Positions 20,836-43,586 of a stretch of DNA of 64,000 nt are shown piece by piece. The stretch is taken from positions 9,851,150-9,915,149 of the forward strand of contig OZ037772.1 in the NCBI GenBank assembly GCA_964035545.1, in the 5' to 3' direction. Under the pieces are notes generated by a model, which made no database searches, was not told the origin of the DNA, and saw only the letters and a program-made list of their open reading frames with translations. The DNA is from Bugula neritina (lineage: Eukaryota; Animalia; Bryozoa). A program made the translations under genes and the position numbers. Each line of letters opens with the position of its first letter. The first letter of the stretch is position 1.

Positions 20836-23800
20836 ATGGATAATACTGGAGTCAATTGTGAGAGAGCGTGCAGAATATGCTCTACTCAAATAATAGCTGC
20901 CTTTGTACAGGAATGGTTTGTAAAATAATTTATTTACTATAATATTGTAACCCAAATTAATTCAATTAAAATGTTGATGTCTGGAAATTCCAGAACTTAA
21001 TAATTTTTCTACAAGTAGTTTTACTCGTTGAAACGAATTTTTTTTATATGATTTGAATCAACTGAAGTACTTACAACAGGCAATGTAACAACAATATATT
21101 ATAATATAATATAATATAATATAATATAATATAATATAATATAATATAATATTATATAATATAATATAACATAATAGAATATAATATAATATAAAATAAT
21201 ATAATAAATTATAATATAATATAATATAATATAATATAGTATAATATAATATAATATAATATAATATAATGTATTATAATATGATAACGCAAAATATAAT
21301 GCATTACCTATACCTATAGAAAGAATCTTAGTTATAAACAACGTAGGCCTATATATTATAATAACTATAATATATATGCATGATATCGTCTAAAATGATA
21401 TATGATGTAACATAAAATAAAGTAATATATTAAATGTAATTATATTACAGTATGTAGTAACTTCATATAAACAGCAAATTTATAATGTGCTGCTTAAAAA
21501 ATGTACATGTGCAACTTTAATTTATTGGGTTTCATTTAATGGGATTTTTTATCCTGTTTAGGCAACAAGAGAAATTTTTTTTAAAGTTTAGTCAAAAATG
21601 AATGAAGGAAGAATCCAGGAGAAAATTGTAGATATCATGCTCTAAAATTCTCTCTAGTTAAAACACCATAATAAAATAATAAACTTGCAATTAACGTATT
21701 GGCAAATAATCTATTAGTTTACAGTTACTGGACGCATATATGTCTCTATTGTAGCCTCAGTATATCGCAAGGAGAGTATGTCCAGATTGAGGGAGTAGAA
21801 ATTGATCAAAATGTTTCTAGCCTTCAGTTAATCAAATATATGAGAAATGCTAGTAAGTAAATATTCAATAAGCAAATTATTTTACAAACTATTAAAAGTT
21901 ACTATAAAAAAGATACACAATTACCAGATCTGTTTTTAATAATTAATAATTAATAATTATTTGATAAGTTCATATATGAACTTTGATGCAAAAGCATGAA
22001 CAAGCTTTAAAAAACATGCATCGATCATAATATTATGATACTTAAATTGCAAATGAAAATATCATTCAACTGAATTTTGAATTGAATTCCAGCATCAATT
22101 ATTTTTTAATTTTAATATTAAGCAAAACTAAAATTAAAGTGCTTATTAGTTTATACTATTTTTCCGGTCAACAATATTACGATTTTGTCAACTTTGCATC
22201 TTCCTTCTAGGGTTCAAACTTCTTCTGGATTACCACAACCACATGTTGGTAGAAAAAGTGCGAGAGAACACGTCTTGCTATGAACCAACCAGCGACAACC
22301 TTGTGAGGGCCTATTGGAAGCTGCTTTATGACAACCTGCTTCAAGATAGCGTTATCACTTGGACAAAAATTATGATGGTAAGGAGAAAAAAATTGTAATA
22401 GCCTACTTATTATAAGGTTCTTTTTTAACTATAATTTCAAATAGAGTTGAAATTGAAATGTTTTTTGCGGTAATATTATAGTAAGTAACCAATGCAAGTT
22501 AGAACCCTGCATTATCCTAATAGCCACTTTATGTTCTGGATCTTTGTGGCAACGCCATTTTATTTTATAGATCAAAAGTTGTGTTATCAAGCATATATCT
22601 GCCAAACAAATATTGCACTTTGCTTTTGAAACTTTTGAGGTTTTCAAACTAAAATTTCCTCTGCATAAACTTCCAATCAAAATTATTATTAGAATTTAGA
22701 CTTTTTGCATTAAGCTGTTAAATGAGGCTTGCGCACATGCTTATAGCCATCAGAGTGTTTGTCAATTGTCTATAGATTTGTTGTACACTTTTTCATTTTT
22801 ATCTCTTCTTGTTTCTGTCCTACTTCATTGCACTAGCTTTTTATATCTGCATATCTTTAAATTGTTTTTGGGTAAACATTTATGTCTTGCTAATATATTT
22901 CCAATGGCTACAAGCCAAGTTTTCTAGCAGCCGATTTAAAACAACTAAATATATTTAGGCTATATATATATGTATTTAAAGCATTAATTGAGCTTTAACT
23001 CTCAAATATATTCCTGCAATCAATGCAAAGTCTTAACTACATAATATATACACTTTCTTAGTTCAATGCCATGGCTTAAAAATGTATCTATTATTTACTT
23101 TGAAAGATTCTAGCCATAGCCTGTGGTCTTGCTGAAACAGCCTCATGTGCCAGACGTAACAAACGAGTGGCGGAAGTTATAAACTGGACAGCTGAGTCTT
23201 TCAAACTTATGAATATCGACAAATGGATTGAGTCTATGGGTGGTTGGGTAAGCTTCTGATAATTTATTGTTTACTAACTTGTAGTGTATTTGGTGTTTAT
23301 ACGTTGATGTATGAGTAGACTATATATACAATCGAGTTTTGCAAATAAAGTTGTTAGTTTTGTAGTTGGTTAGCATGGAAGAAGTCGCCGTCAATGCTTG
23401 ATTGCAGCAAAAATTGCTGATTGATTGATATAACAGCTTGAATAACATAGTAATGTGCTCAATTGCCTAAAAAGTTTGTCATAGCGTTCACCAAAAATGA
23501 AGAAAAAACAGATAAATGAATATTTATGCTCGAAGCTGTTTTATAGCATTAAGCTTTGCATAATAAAATATATTGATTGCGAAGTATTGCCAATGTACAT
23601 ACTTTGACTTGAACAACTAAAATTGCTCAAAAAAAACTGGAACCGTACAGTGGAATGATTCTAACTAGAGCTTTTTAGCAATCAAATTATTGCTTGTTCA
23701 AATTTTAGCTATATGAGAAACTCTTATTGAAAGAAGCAGTAGATAAGATATTTGTTGACTATAAATGGTTTATTATTATAATAAAAATATTATTAATTAT

Positions 23801-24243
23801 TTTCAATAAATAATTTTATTATATATATACAAGTTTTGTTTTATTATTTGTTACAGATGGAACTCCCCAATCAAATAGAACAATTTCCTCTACCTACACC
23901 TTTCCCAATACACCGGAGAAAAGCATTAATTAGTGAAACATCAAATGGCTGCACAGGAAGTTCTGTTGCAGAAAAAACAAAAGTCTGTGGAGATTCTGGC
24001 ATAAACCAACAACCACCACCATATTCTAGACAGCTACAGCAGGAACCTTCCACGGCAATACATGGTAGATGTGTGGCAAACAATCGAGATTTGAGAGCTG
24101 ACAAGAAACAGACAAATAACTTGGAAAACTCAAATTGTTATGGAGGATGGTTAGATGGAGGAGATTCCTTTGGCAGAAAGTTAATGGATGCTTCAGTCAC
24201 TGATTGGGAAAAAGAATATTTCGATTTAGTTCGAATAGAATAA
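20836..24243 (+). CDS. Divergent Bcl-2-family protein 1 (~290 aa; 128-aa hydrophilic tail, no TM)
   Basis: Exons 20836-20915, 21755-21852, 22211-22377, 23107-23247, 23857-24243 (phases 2,1,0,0). BH4-like STQIIAAFVQE, BH1-like LLQDSVITWTKIMM, BH2 DKWIESMGGW followed by an intron. Exon 1 is the least certain. Confidence 0.8.
21096..21272. repeat. (ATATA)n pentanucleotide microsatellite
   Basis: Visible tandem ATAAT units. Confidence 0.9.
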
Positions 24244-24745
24244 TGTTTTATTCAATAAGTTATTGTAAAAATTGCAAAAAATATGTTGAACTAAATGTTT
24301 TGTAAACACAAAAAATATTTAAATAAAAGCTTTATTAACATATATATACTTTCAATGTAACTCTAAAGCAATAATTTCAGACAATATGATGGAGGATTAC
24401 TAATAGAAAAAACTGTTTAATGTAGAAATAAACTTTTATCAAACATTAAGTAAGAGACTTTAATAATTATTGCGACATACAAATTAGTGTTTATATTTGT
24501 ATATATATACTAAACTGCATTATTATTTCACCAGACTCACTAATTACTAGTTTTTCAACATAGTTGATTACCCAAAGTTAAAGTATTTTCATCCATGCAG
24601 CCAGTGATTTCTTGTTTACTTAAAATAATTTTAACAATGTATTACATTTTTGACTATAATGGCTTCAAAAATAACTAATTAGTAGTTTTTAGATTCAAAC
24701 TTATATTCAACTTGACCTCAAAGTCTCTGTTAACAAGAAGATATA

Positions 24746-28221
<3,476 letters not shown>

Positions 28222-29336
28222 GCTCAACAGGATCCATCTTTGATGATGGCTGTTTTTCTTTAACTATGAAGTAATTCAAAACCTTTTCAATTACTTAAGT
28301 AAACGTATTTTCTTGATAGTTGCATACTCCTTTTGTCTTAAAAGATATAATTATTTTTATTTCTGATTCGAAAAGTAATTTTATTGACAATAAAGCAAAG
28401 CATAAGCTCAGACTGATGACAATGTCAATAATATTATAGTGATGTATATATGATTCTTTTAATTACAATATACAAAGTTTAGCAAGCTGCAGAATTTTAG
28501 CACCACAGCTGGTGCATGGTAAACAACCATGATTCATAATGATGTTCAGGTATATAATATTAAACTCGAACTGAAAACCAATGCAAGACCAATTTTTATG
28601 CAAATATTGTAAGTTTAACTAAAAGTTGAATTCGATTATTGCATTAATTTAAAAATTCTGTAGTTGAAATAGTTTGCAACTTGTAGTCTTACATCTTCTT
28701 TTTGAGAGCACAGCTAGGTTTATCAGTGCTTGCTAAACTGACTGAGTAAACTTTGACTAAAGCGCACTCCATGTTCTTTCACGAAATATTGTTATCAAAC
28801 ACTCTCACATAAAAAGACACGCATTATTTATCATAAAGCAAGAAATGATTTAAATCAATTTTATGAATACTTTTACATAGAACTTTCAGTAAAACTTTGC
28901 AATTACTTCATTCACAAAGCCTTATACTACACTACAAAATTTCAAATGAAATTATATTGAAAAAAAATATAAGTCAACACAAGTTTAAATTTAACAATGT
29001 GTATGACAAAATGCTCTCCATTATTGACAATATTATTTTTGACAAAAAACAGTACTATCACTATTGCCATTAAATAGCAAAATATATATTGAAAGATGTT
29101 GAGATGAAAATTACGGTATAAAATTATGTAACTTTTATTAATTAGAAAAAATCAAAGTAAGTTGATGGAATTAATTACAACAAGTGCAAGTTATTATGAA
29201 AATAATTTGAATTTATTAAGAAATCACCAAAGCAGCAAATAATGATGACACGCAAAATATTTACAAAATATTTTTATTTTCAATACAAGCTCAGCTGGTT
29301 TTTGAGTTGATGTTTTAAAGAAAATAAAACAGCAAA

Positions 29337-33526
<4,190 letters not shown>

Positions 33527-35134
33527 GCAATTGGTTATATTTAGTAGACTAAAACAAATTTAGGAATAGTGCTAAACATTAAGACCATTCAATAAATAAA
33601 TTTAGATCATCACAGTCTGACAGCAAATTATATATGCAAGTTTATTTTAATCTTATTATACTAGAAAAACATTAAATTCTTTATGAGATATTATTAAAAT
33701 TGTAATGCATTTCGGGTTGATGTTAGCTGATAAAGAAGCAAGGACAGTTTCCTATGCAAATTTTTTTTAAATATTAAGGTAAATGTTATAATTTTCTGCT
33801 TTACCAAAATATAATTTAGAGACTTCCAGGGATTAACTGCAAAATTTGCTTGAGATACGTAAATAATTGTTGAAATACCAGTGATAATTAAACTCTACTT
33901 GAAACTTTTCTTCCTTGTAACAATTAAAATGATGAGCATGTCTTAGTTTGCTTTCATTAGTTTTCCCATCTTGGATATCATAATTTTAAAACAACTGAAT
34001 TTCTTTAATTATAAAACTTGCCTTCTTCTTCCAGAAACACGTAAAATGATAGAACTAGTAGCTATGAAGTGACCAAATGCTAGTTACTCTTATTATACAT
34101 CCGAAAACATAAATTATATTTTTTGCACTATTTTACTTCTTAATCTATTCAAACTATAATAAAATTATTACTATCTTAAGCAGATCTGAGAGCCAGTAAT
34201 TGTGTGGAACTGTTCTTTTATAAAATCAAAATTATGAAGCAAAGTTTAAGAAAGCTTTTGCTTAACACTAGTGTAATAGACTCTGCGTAAAAAACTTTTT
34301 CAATCAATATTTTTGTAGCTGTAGTAACTAGTGTACCATGTGACTAAAATTTGAGCCAAACTTTTTTGTAACGACTCTATACACAAATAAAGCTTTAGAA
34401 AAAGATATCAAGCTGTTGAAAATTTTGCAGTTTTTGGTGTCAGTTGCATTAAAACCAGCTTTAAAAGCTTATATACCAAAATAACTCAGTGTATAGCATG
34501 TTGCTAGGCCTCTAACTTTCATTTTAGCAGTATGTGATGAATATTTTTTAAAATTGAAGTAAAAACAAACAAAAAAATGTCATGAAGATATAATCTAATA
34601 AAAATTATAAATTTATGTAATGTGTTATAAAATGCAAAAAATTGCAGGTTTTTATATGACTCAGATTGCTTATTTAAAAATACTCATAAATTGATAATTA
34701 ATTACTAACTTTCAGAATTGTACCACTTAAATATATTTATTAATTTATCTACAACAATTATGCCTATAATTGCATTTCAAAGTTGCACTTGGCAGCTAAA
34801 ATAGCATTTTGTGTATATGCAGACCTGGCGTAAATAATTTTTTACAGTTTTGTGAGTTGATTATTGATATAATAAATTATAAAAAATGCAAAATGTCACA
34901 TTGCTAAGTGCTATCAAAGATATATTTTCATGCAGCACATATATTTTATTTCCTCGTTTATCTAGCAAATCAAATGCCAGCATTATAAAAAATCCACAAT
35001 GCTAAATTGTTTCTTTGCAAATAGCAAGTTTGTATGGCTTCACACATTCTCTATGACAAAACACACACGTTGATCGTGAGAGAAAGAAAATTAGAAGATT
35101 TCTATTTCTAAAAATCTGTAGAATTGAAAACAAC

Positions 35135-38100
35135 ATGGCAGTTGCAACTGGAGATGTGATTGGCTCTCTTGTGAGACAAAGGTAAGTTAGTAACTTTGTG
35201 TTTAGAGCAGTAAATATGACATAAGATTGGTAATGTGAATATTTAGTTTTCTTACTAATTCCAGTAAACACAAGCGAGATGTTATTATAATTTATTAAAA
35301 AGGAAACTTTTTATAATAAAACAGCTAAACTGTCTTTCAAAAGCTACTGTAGCTAGTTTTTATATATGTTATAATCATCAAAGAAGTTTTCAAAATTATT
35401 TAAAATAAAAAAACTTGAACTACTTTTTCGAGAAATTTACTTCACCTCAAAGATTTTACTTTTTTTGCAGCTTGTTTGCCAATATCAAGATCAATTTTTT
35501 TAAATACAGTCTGATTTTTTCTTAGAATGAGAGCTCAGCGATATAACCAATGTCTTAAGGATGCTCTTGGGAGACTCACAGTCTTGGAGAACCTTGAGTG
35601 CAGTGACATCATTGAAGCATTAACACAATTAGGTATGGCCAGTATTCTAGGAACGGTAATTTATTAGGAAAGTTGCAAATTTTTAAATTTAAGTCTGGAA
35701 GTAAAATAGAACAAAATTATTTATTATTATTATTATTATTATTTATTATTGTTTTAAGTTGTTGGTATAGTTAGAATCCCTAGAGTATTGTATTGTAACT
35801 TATTTTCATAATTTACCATTGCATTTAGAAGCATTTAGACACAATTGGTTTAAAAATTTGGAACATGAGAGTTTTAAAACATTTTTGATAAAGTCCTATA
35901 ATATACAATATTTATCTCTAGGCTGCTAAAAGTTAGAAATTAATTAGAATGTAAAGCGTCAACAGTGTCATATTCCTCATAGTACTTGCTTAACAAAGAA
36001 AAAACAAGACAAATACATTACTTTTATCTATTTTCAAATAACTCTAAGTTGCATATATAGATTTAAAAGAATATTACGATTATCTAACATCAACAGCATC
36101 ATATAATCTTAATTTTATTTTATTTGTTTAATCAAGAACAAATTAATAAAAAAACAGCTTTTATATTGATTTAACTTATTCTTCAAAATATTATGTTTGA
36201 TTTTGCAGAGGGACTCTTTGACTACAGAGACCAGAGTGTGGTTGAGGATGCGGTGTATATCAACAACCCTGAAATGTTGACAGATGCTCAGGCTAAGACT
36301 AGTCTAGTCACGTGTCTCAACAAAGTGTTTAATGATGGCATTATTACCTGGAACAGAATAGCAGTGGTGAGACAATACTATAATTAATTATTATTTAATC
36401 AATTATTATATAATGAAATCATAATTTTTTATCTTTAGATATTTTAATCAATTGACAGTAATTTTGTTGACTTATAATAACTTCAAATTCATTAAAGAAA
36501 AGTTCAAAGTTTCTATTTTTGCTCTCAGATATCAATCTGCCATAAAATTTAAAAAACTAAATGTTTGTTATTGCTGGAGCCTTTGAAACTTGGTATTTGT
36601 TGCTACTATTTGCTAGTCTAAAACTTATTGTCATATTACCTCAAATTGGACCTAATCTTTTGCAAGTTCTATTTGAAAAAAAGCTGCTGTCAAGTAAAAT
36701 ATCCAATTTATGCACATATTTTTTTATTGCCCAGTTTCATATTCAATACCCTAGCTCAGATTGTGATAGAGAAAGTCAAATATTTTTCTTATTGCGTTCT
36801 AAGTTTTGTTGCTATGACAACCATATACCAATTAACTACTAGCAGCTGCGTATTATATGCTTGCTTTAGGCTGCATTTAGTGTTTAAATTTTAAACAATT
36901 ACTTGTCTTATTAATTAAGTGACGATAGCTAACATGAATTATAAAAGCATTAGTAAACCATTAGTAAGCATATATGCATACCCTGACAACTAACAATATA
37001 TTACTATCATTTTATGTAAGTCAACAACTGTGAAATGATGACTACATGCAGACATTATATAATACCACTGACAACGAGCTGAATATTCTGACATTGTCTA
37101 CTGCTGACAACTAGCTGAATATTCTGACATTGTCTTTTGCTGACAACTAATTAATTATGCCGGCAGGTATGTGCCACAGTGAGCATGCTGGCAGACAATG
37201 CACTGAGAGCGGGAATGATCACCAGAGTGCTGCAACTAGTCTGCTGGGCGGAGGAATATTTCAGAGTTCGACTTATTGACGCCTGGATTTGTCAGAAGTG
37301 TGGCTGGGTAATGGTCTTGATCTAATTATATAAAGTATTTTTTATAAATTTACGTAACTCTGCATATTTATTGTCATTGTTAATTATTAGTTTGTAATTA
37401 TCTGCATATAGCAGAAAAATTTAAGTAGTCTGTTAACTGACAATTTATCTACAGATTTTAAAATTGCAGCATATTTTAGATTGTTTATGAAAAATTTAAA
37501 TTTAAACTCACATTTTTTCTTTAGTTTAATTTTATATACTTTAAATGAATAAAAAACATTATTTGAATAATAAGGCTGGTTATTATGCCATTTTGCTAAC
37601 TTTATTATGAGAAACTTCATTATCTCCTAATCGTTTTGATAGAGCCAGTTTCCTATGAAAGTTACTTGTGACTGTTTGCTGTCAACTTTAGAACTCAAAC
37701 TGACTTATAACTATATAAGTCATTTAATTAGGTTTATATTATATAGTGTGATTAATAATGCGTGTGATGTCAAATTTTTTAACAGACAGATGTGGTTGAG
37801 TACGCTAAAATTAGAAACAATGACAGCAGTAAACCCTGCGCTGAACCTCAACCACACCAACCACGATCTCCAACCAGGCCACAACGCTCGCCTAGGCCAA
37901 GATCCACTGCTTCCAAACACAAATCAAAATCTCCGTACAATTCCCGAAAGGTAGCTGGAGAACTGAGGGGCATTGCAGGAGATATAAAAACTGAATGTCC
38001 TCCTTCTTCAAGGTCATCCCGACCAAGGTCAAGGCCAAAGAAAGGAAAGTCACCATCTCCTTGTATCCGTTCCCCTGAGAGACTTTTTATGCCTGCCGAA

Positions 38101-38358
38101 AATGTACAGCCTTACAACGATTTATCTAAGGAGACTAAACTTGCAGGAGGTGGTTTTGGTTGTTCACCTTCTGATGGATTGCCATACACTGCTATTTTCG
38201 AATCAAAACCTAATTTTGAAGGTGACTCTCAGAAAATCGATGAAGACGAATCGATCATGCTTTCACCAAACCCACCCATACCAATGTCACACTCTGATGA
38301 CCCTCTTGCTCTTCATGGAAAAAAGTTAAAGGGTATTAGATACTGCCTCCAAGCCTAA
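35135..38358 (+). CDS. Divergent Bcl-2-family protein 4 (~341 aa; 190-aa basic RS/SP-rich tail, no TM)
   Basis: Exons 35135-35181, 35526-35632, 36209-36366, 37167-37307, 37786-38358. Most canonical BH1 in the array (KVFNDGIITWNRIAV); BH2 IDAWICQKCGW|TDVVEY. Confidence 0.88.
37068..37150. repeat. 36-bp tandem repeat, ~2.3 copies
   Basis: CTGACAAC.AGCTGAATATTCTGACATTGTCT..TG repeated just upstream of the exon 4 acceptor. Confidence 0.75.
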
Positions 38359-39535
38359 GAGCATTAATTAATTGTATTGTTTTAAAAAATCCAATTCAGG
38401 TTTTCTAGAAACTTGAAACTTTTAAAAGTGAATGCTTCAACACACAACAAACTTGCAAATTTTAACTGTAATTTTTAATTATTAATACAACAAAATAAAG
38501 CTTAGAAAGATCTAAACCTAACTGTTTTTTAGATTTATTACTGTGTTTTTTTTACAAAAAATCGCAATTCAATTAGCTTTCTGCTTTTTGAAGTAAACTT
38601 AAAGCTTTAAAAACATGGACCTAAATAATGTAGTTTATTAGGACATCTGCTTTGATTCAGTTTTTTCAAAATCTTTTTAGATTCTAAGTTTCTTCAATTT
38701 TTATCAAAAATGAAGTTTCAACTTTGTGACTTTTTAAATGACTTAAAAAGGGGAATATAATCAAATGTTACTGCATGTACACTACTATATAGATCAACTC
38801 TTCCAGCAAGCAAGCATGCACACTTATAGTAAACTCTCCCAGCAAGCTAACGAAGTAAGCTACTCTTAAGCTTCTTTCCAACTAATATATACTTATAATT
38901 AGTTTCTGTCTACAATACAAAAAACACAGCAAACAGCTGAAACCTTGCATGTTTTTAAAGCTTTTAAAAGCCATCAATGACATAGAATATCAACACCGTA
39001 ACAGGTGTTTTACAGTCTAATTAAAGCTTTTTATGCTATACAGACTGAATGCTGAATATTTAAATTACAGTTCTGCTTGATTGAAGAACCTTTTATTTGA
39101 ACATTTCCTATAAGGTAACTTAAAAATTTTTTATTGTCAAGTGTTTCATTTTTGTTTTTAACTTTTTTTTATATACATCACTGGAAGTGACTTTGCTATA
39201 GTTTTAAGACATGAAAATTATAATCAGTTCTACTTAAACTTGAAAGCTAGTTTCAATTTTTTATAAAGCTGTGAAAATACGATATGCATTTTATTATAGT
39301 TAGGTATGCTAAATTTTTGGGCATCTAAATTAATTTTTTCCTGCTTCACAATTAATTTGTGCATATTACATCATGAAGCCATAGTATAAATTCTCTGATA
39401 TTTAAATTATTTTTCCAATTGTTCTATGAAAAATAATTTAAACCAAAAACTACTAAAAATTGGTTTGCATAAAAACAATTGCTGTCTTCTAACTTTTACT
39501 AAGCTGGTCTTAAAGGAACATTAGAAATAAGAAAG

Positions 39536-42500
39536 ATGGCTACCTACGGACCTTGCAACCATGCTATCGCAACTGCTGATGTCATCAAGGCGTTGGTTAG
39601 GAGAAGGTAACTTCTACTTGTATTTTCTTATCACATTTATATATACTGCTTTAGTGTTTATGCTATATACACAACCTTTATTGGAATGGCCGTATTTTAC
39701 ACTAAATATTTGCACTGAAGTTTATATAATATGGAAAGCTGTCTTCATAGCTACAATATGGACAGCGATTTAAAATTTTTTATTGTTTCTGGCAACACGT
39801 AATTTTAAGAACATTTGCAGACTACTAAAGCTATGTAATGTAATAAACCCATCTTCTGTGCTTTTCAACAGCTAATTACACTTAAACACCATTTATGCTT
39901 CTATGACATGTATACTGATACCAAAGCAAAACGTCACACACTTCAAGCTGTATATAAATTTACAAGAGTAAATTAAACTGAAATAGAGTGTTAAATTTAT
40001 GAAATTAAAAAAGTGCAGTCCATTGATAATACATATTCAAGTACATTATATAATATAGATGAGTTAAATTAATCCAATGTTTTTGCAATTGGTGCAATTT
40101 GGAGTTATAACACTATTTAATAATTTTAAGCATTAAGTTCTCCAGATTTTTGAATAGAAAACACAATTGTTTCTTCTTACTTACAATAGATGACTAATTT
40201 TATTAATTTTCTGTCAAACAGCGATTAGGTCACAATTTTTTGTGTTTCATCTGTCAATAATAAACTTGTTTTTAGTTTGGCTGAAAGAAGATACAGCCAA
40301 GATATCGTTGGTGTTTTACGAAGCTTAGACTATTTTCCAAACTATGACAATCATAGTGTCATTAGATGCATAAAGATAATAGGTGAGTCACAAGAAATAA
40401 GAGTCTAAAAATAGTGCAAAAAAAGCCTTTTTTACCGATGCAAAAATAGTCATTATGACAAATCTTTGATAAGTTATTATAATTATTATTATTTTAGGAT
40501 TATATAGCTTGAGAAAGCTCCAACATTACTTCAATAATATATATTTTTGATAGATATATAGTCATTTTCTAGTTGGTAACTTTACATTGCCAAAGCAAAA
40601 ACATGCAATTGTAAATGAAAAACATTGTCATGCATTCATGAAATTGTTTACATTTGCAAAAGCAATGCAGATTATTTTTTTAAATTTAAATGCAAACAGA
40701 AATTGTGGTTGTGACATTATAAACTGTATAAAAACATTTTTCTATTCATAATTTCATTGGCTTTTGAATTTTGTTCAGCCTGTTTGATATTAATATCCAT
40801 ATACACTTTGGGTTCAAAACAATGTGTTTGAACTAAAATCAAAATTTATTATAATGTACTAAAGCTTTACTTTTCAAATCAATTAGCTTTTTGCATTGCT
40901 ATTGTACATTTTTATGTTTCAGTATTAGTGCACAACATTTATAATATACACCCACCACACATGTATACAAAATTCAAATAAACTACAAATTGTGACAATG
41001 ATTTATATTTAGAATACAACCTTGACCCTAAATGTGTGGGCACTGTGATCGAAGCCACCTGGACCATTGGGGCAGCCAGCTATGATGTGTGTGAGATGAA
41101 TAAATCATTTAATAAGACCCTCACCAACTTTGCCAAGGACGGAGAACTTAGCTGGACTAGAATCGTCATGGTATAATATAAGATAATAACAATGATAGGA
41201 TAATATTGTTTTCAGTTAATTTATCTTATTTTGAGTTGTTGCTTTCCCTAAAGCTGTTTTATATGCATGTAAGTTAAAGGTAATGAAATGAATAGTATGT
41301 TACATTATTATATGTCTAGTATAACTCTATAATTATATGTGTTTAAAATTCAGTGGCATGAGGTGTAATTTTAACTACAACCTGGGAGTAAGAACATTAA
41401 CTAGATCAACATAAAACTCATAAGCTTTTTTGCAGCAGTTTAATGTTGTTTCAATAAGTTGAAATATGTTTTATATAATATAATAATGCTTTTGTAAAAA
41501 GCGTTGTGAACTTTAAATTTAAAGTAAAATATTTTCTTGTCATCAAAGTTATAATTATATGCATCGACAAGCTTCAACATTATTCTGAATTTTTAAGCCA
41601 TCAAATTAACATTGTTTTAATATTCTTGCTGCATTATAGTTGATGACTGTCATCAAATATCACGTATAAATATTAGAATATATACGGTAACAGCCTTAGA
41701 AGTGGTTCATTTAAGAAATTAAACATTTCATTGTTCAAAAATTAAAAAGCAGTGACTGAATCTGCATCTAGATTTTGCTGTTTAAATTTGGCTGAATGTT
41801 ATGAAGTATGTCGTATTGCAGATGTTAGCAACAGCTGTTACACTAGCTGAGAAGGCCTTTGATGATGGCTGGTATGACAGGATCCAGCTGATTCTCAACT
41901 GGACAGAGAAGCTGTTCCGTGAGAACCATGTGAATGCATGGATACGAGCTTCACAAGGATGGGTAAGAACTCTGCTCAACTCTTTACTGAAATGGAGAGT
42001 TGGTATTACCTGATTTGGCCTCGCTTTTTATACATAATAATATCTCTGTATATAGTAAATATTTAATAATACATATCTGGTAATGTATTTAATGTTTCTT
42101 TAGCATATTATCTAGTAAACAGTATCTTTAAGTCATATATATCTACTAACTGCATTGGTTTAATAATATATTATGATAAATAATATATATTCAATAATTA
42201 GTATATATATATATATATATAAATATATACAATAAGAGACAATTGGCAATATTTCTCGAGCTATAATGCGTATCTTGTAATTTTATCTAGTATAGTTAGT
42301 ATGTGATTTATTCCGCTACCAAACAAGAACAAATAAAGATATAGGTAATAAAATTTAGTGTCTGATATACTAGATACTAGATACGTGGTCTATTGTATTT
42401 AGTAGTTTAGGTAATAATTTGACTAGTAATATGTATTTATATAATATATATTCAGCAATGCATGGCCGTATCAAGTGTTAAGTAATTTCATGCTTCAATA

Positions 42501-43586
42501 TATTTTCAGGAGGGGATAATCACTTGTCCGCAGCTCCTACAGACTTGCCCCACGAGAGACGTGAGTCCGCCGCCAAATAGACAAGGTCGTTCTCAGAGCA
42601 CGCAGCGTAGAGATTTAGCTGACTGTATCCCTGGCAACTCTAGGTCAAGGTCGTCCCCAGCTTTCAACCCTGAAACATTTGACTGCAATACACAGAAGAA
42701 ACCGACAGGCGCTGAACCCCCATGTGTAGTTGCACCTAAAACCAACCGATCTAAGCATTTTATGAATTTAACAAATCTGGAATTTTCTTTGCAAAAGCTG
42801 CGAGCTGCATGCACTCCAGATGGAAAGAAGGAGGAATCTATTGACTGCCAACCAGCGCCAGTTCAACCTTTAGTCCTGAACAAGAACCAAGAGATGCTCA
42901 GAGGCAATGACTCTGACAATGAGGGTGATTGGGTTGATTTGGACGAGGAATTCAGAGAGTCAGAAGAAGGAGGTGAAAAGTTTCAAGAAGAGAAATGTGA
43001 AAAATCTGGATTCAGGTTTTTTCCACCTCCACTGGAAATGGGTTGCTATAATTTGAAAGGCAATCAGAACTTTACGTTTGATGAAGATCTTGAAGACTGT
43101 TTAGAAGAAACCAAAAGAAGTCACAGACAGCCTCATTCTGCCAAGCGTCCACGGGCTAAAAAACCCAAAAGATTTATTCAGAAAATTCAACATCCCGAGT
43201 ACCAGAAACCTTGCTTCTTCAATGAAGCACTTCACCGGCAAAAAGCACATAAGAAAACTGAATTTCTAGGAGCTCCGTGTGAAGATGCTTTACTTCCTGA
43301 AAAACAAGATAGCAAAACCAAGCCAGCATCTTCTGCCCGACTTGACAAAGAAAACAAAAACTGTGGTGAGGTTCTTCCAAATCAAGTACCATCAGAGAGC
43401 AAAACTGAAGAAGCTCAGAGCGAGGAGAATTCCGCAGCGGGTTCGCCTGCTGTCGAATCTACAAGCAGCACAATCGACTCCGTAGATGGTAGTGCCGCCA
43501 CAGTAGATGAAGATGTGCGTCCAGAATCCGATTCGTTATACGTGTCTGCGCAAACGGAGAATTCCGGTTTAGAATCTGTAGTTTAA
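39536..43586 (+). CDS. Divergent Bcl-2-family protein 5 (~517 aa; 358-aa charged tail, no TM)
   Basis: Exons 39536-39606, 40276-40382, 41013-41170, 41822-41962, 42510-43586. BH4-like ATADVIKALVRR, BH1 FAKDGELSWTRIVM, BH2 HVNAWIRASQGW|EGII. Confidence 0.88.

Noticed and set aside
21562-21660. Alternative first exon of Bcl-2-like gene 1 (ATG 21598/21602)
   Set aside because: One frame stops early and the other needs a weak GTAGAT donor and lacks the BH4-like helix found at 20836-20915; it cannot be excluded as a minor isoform.
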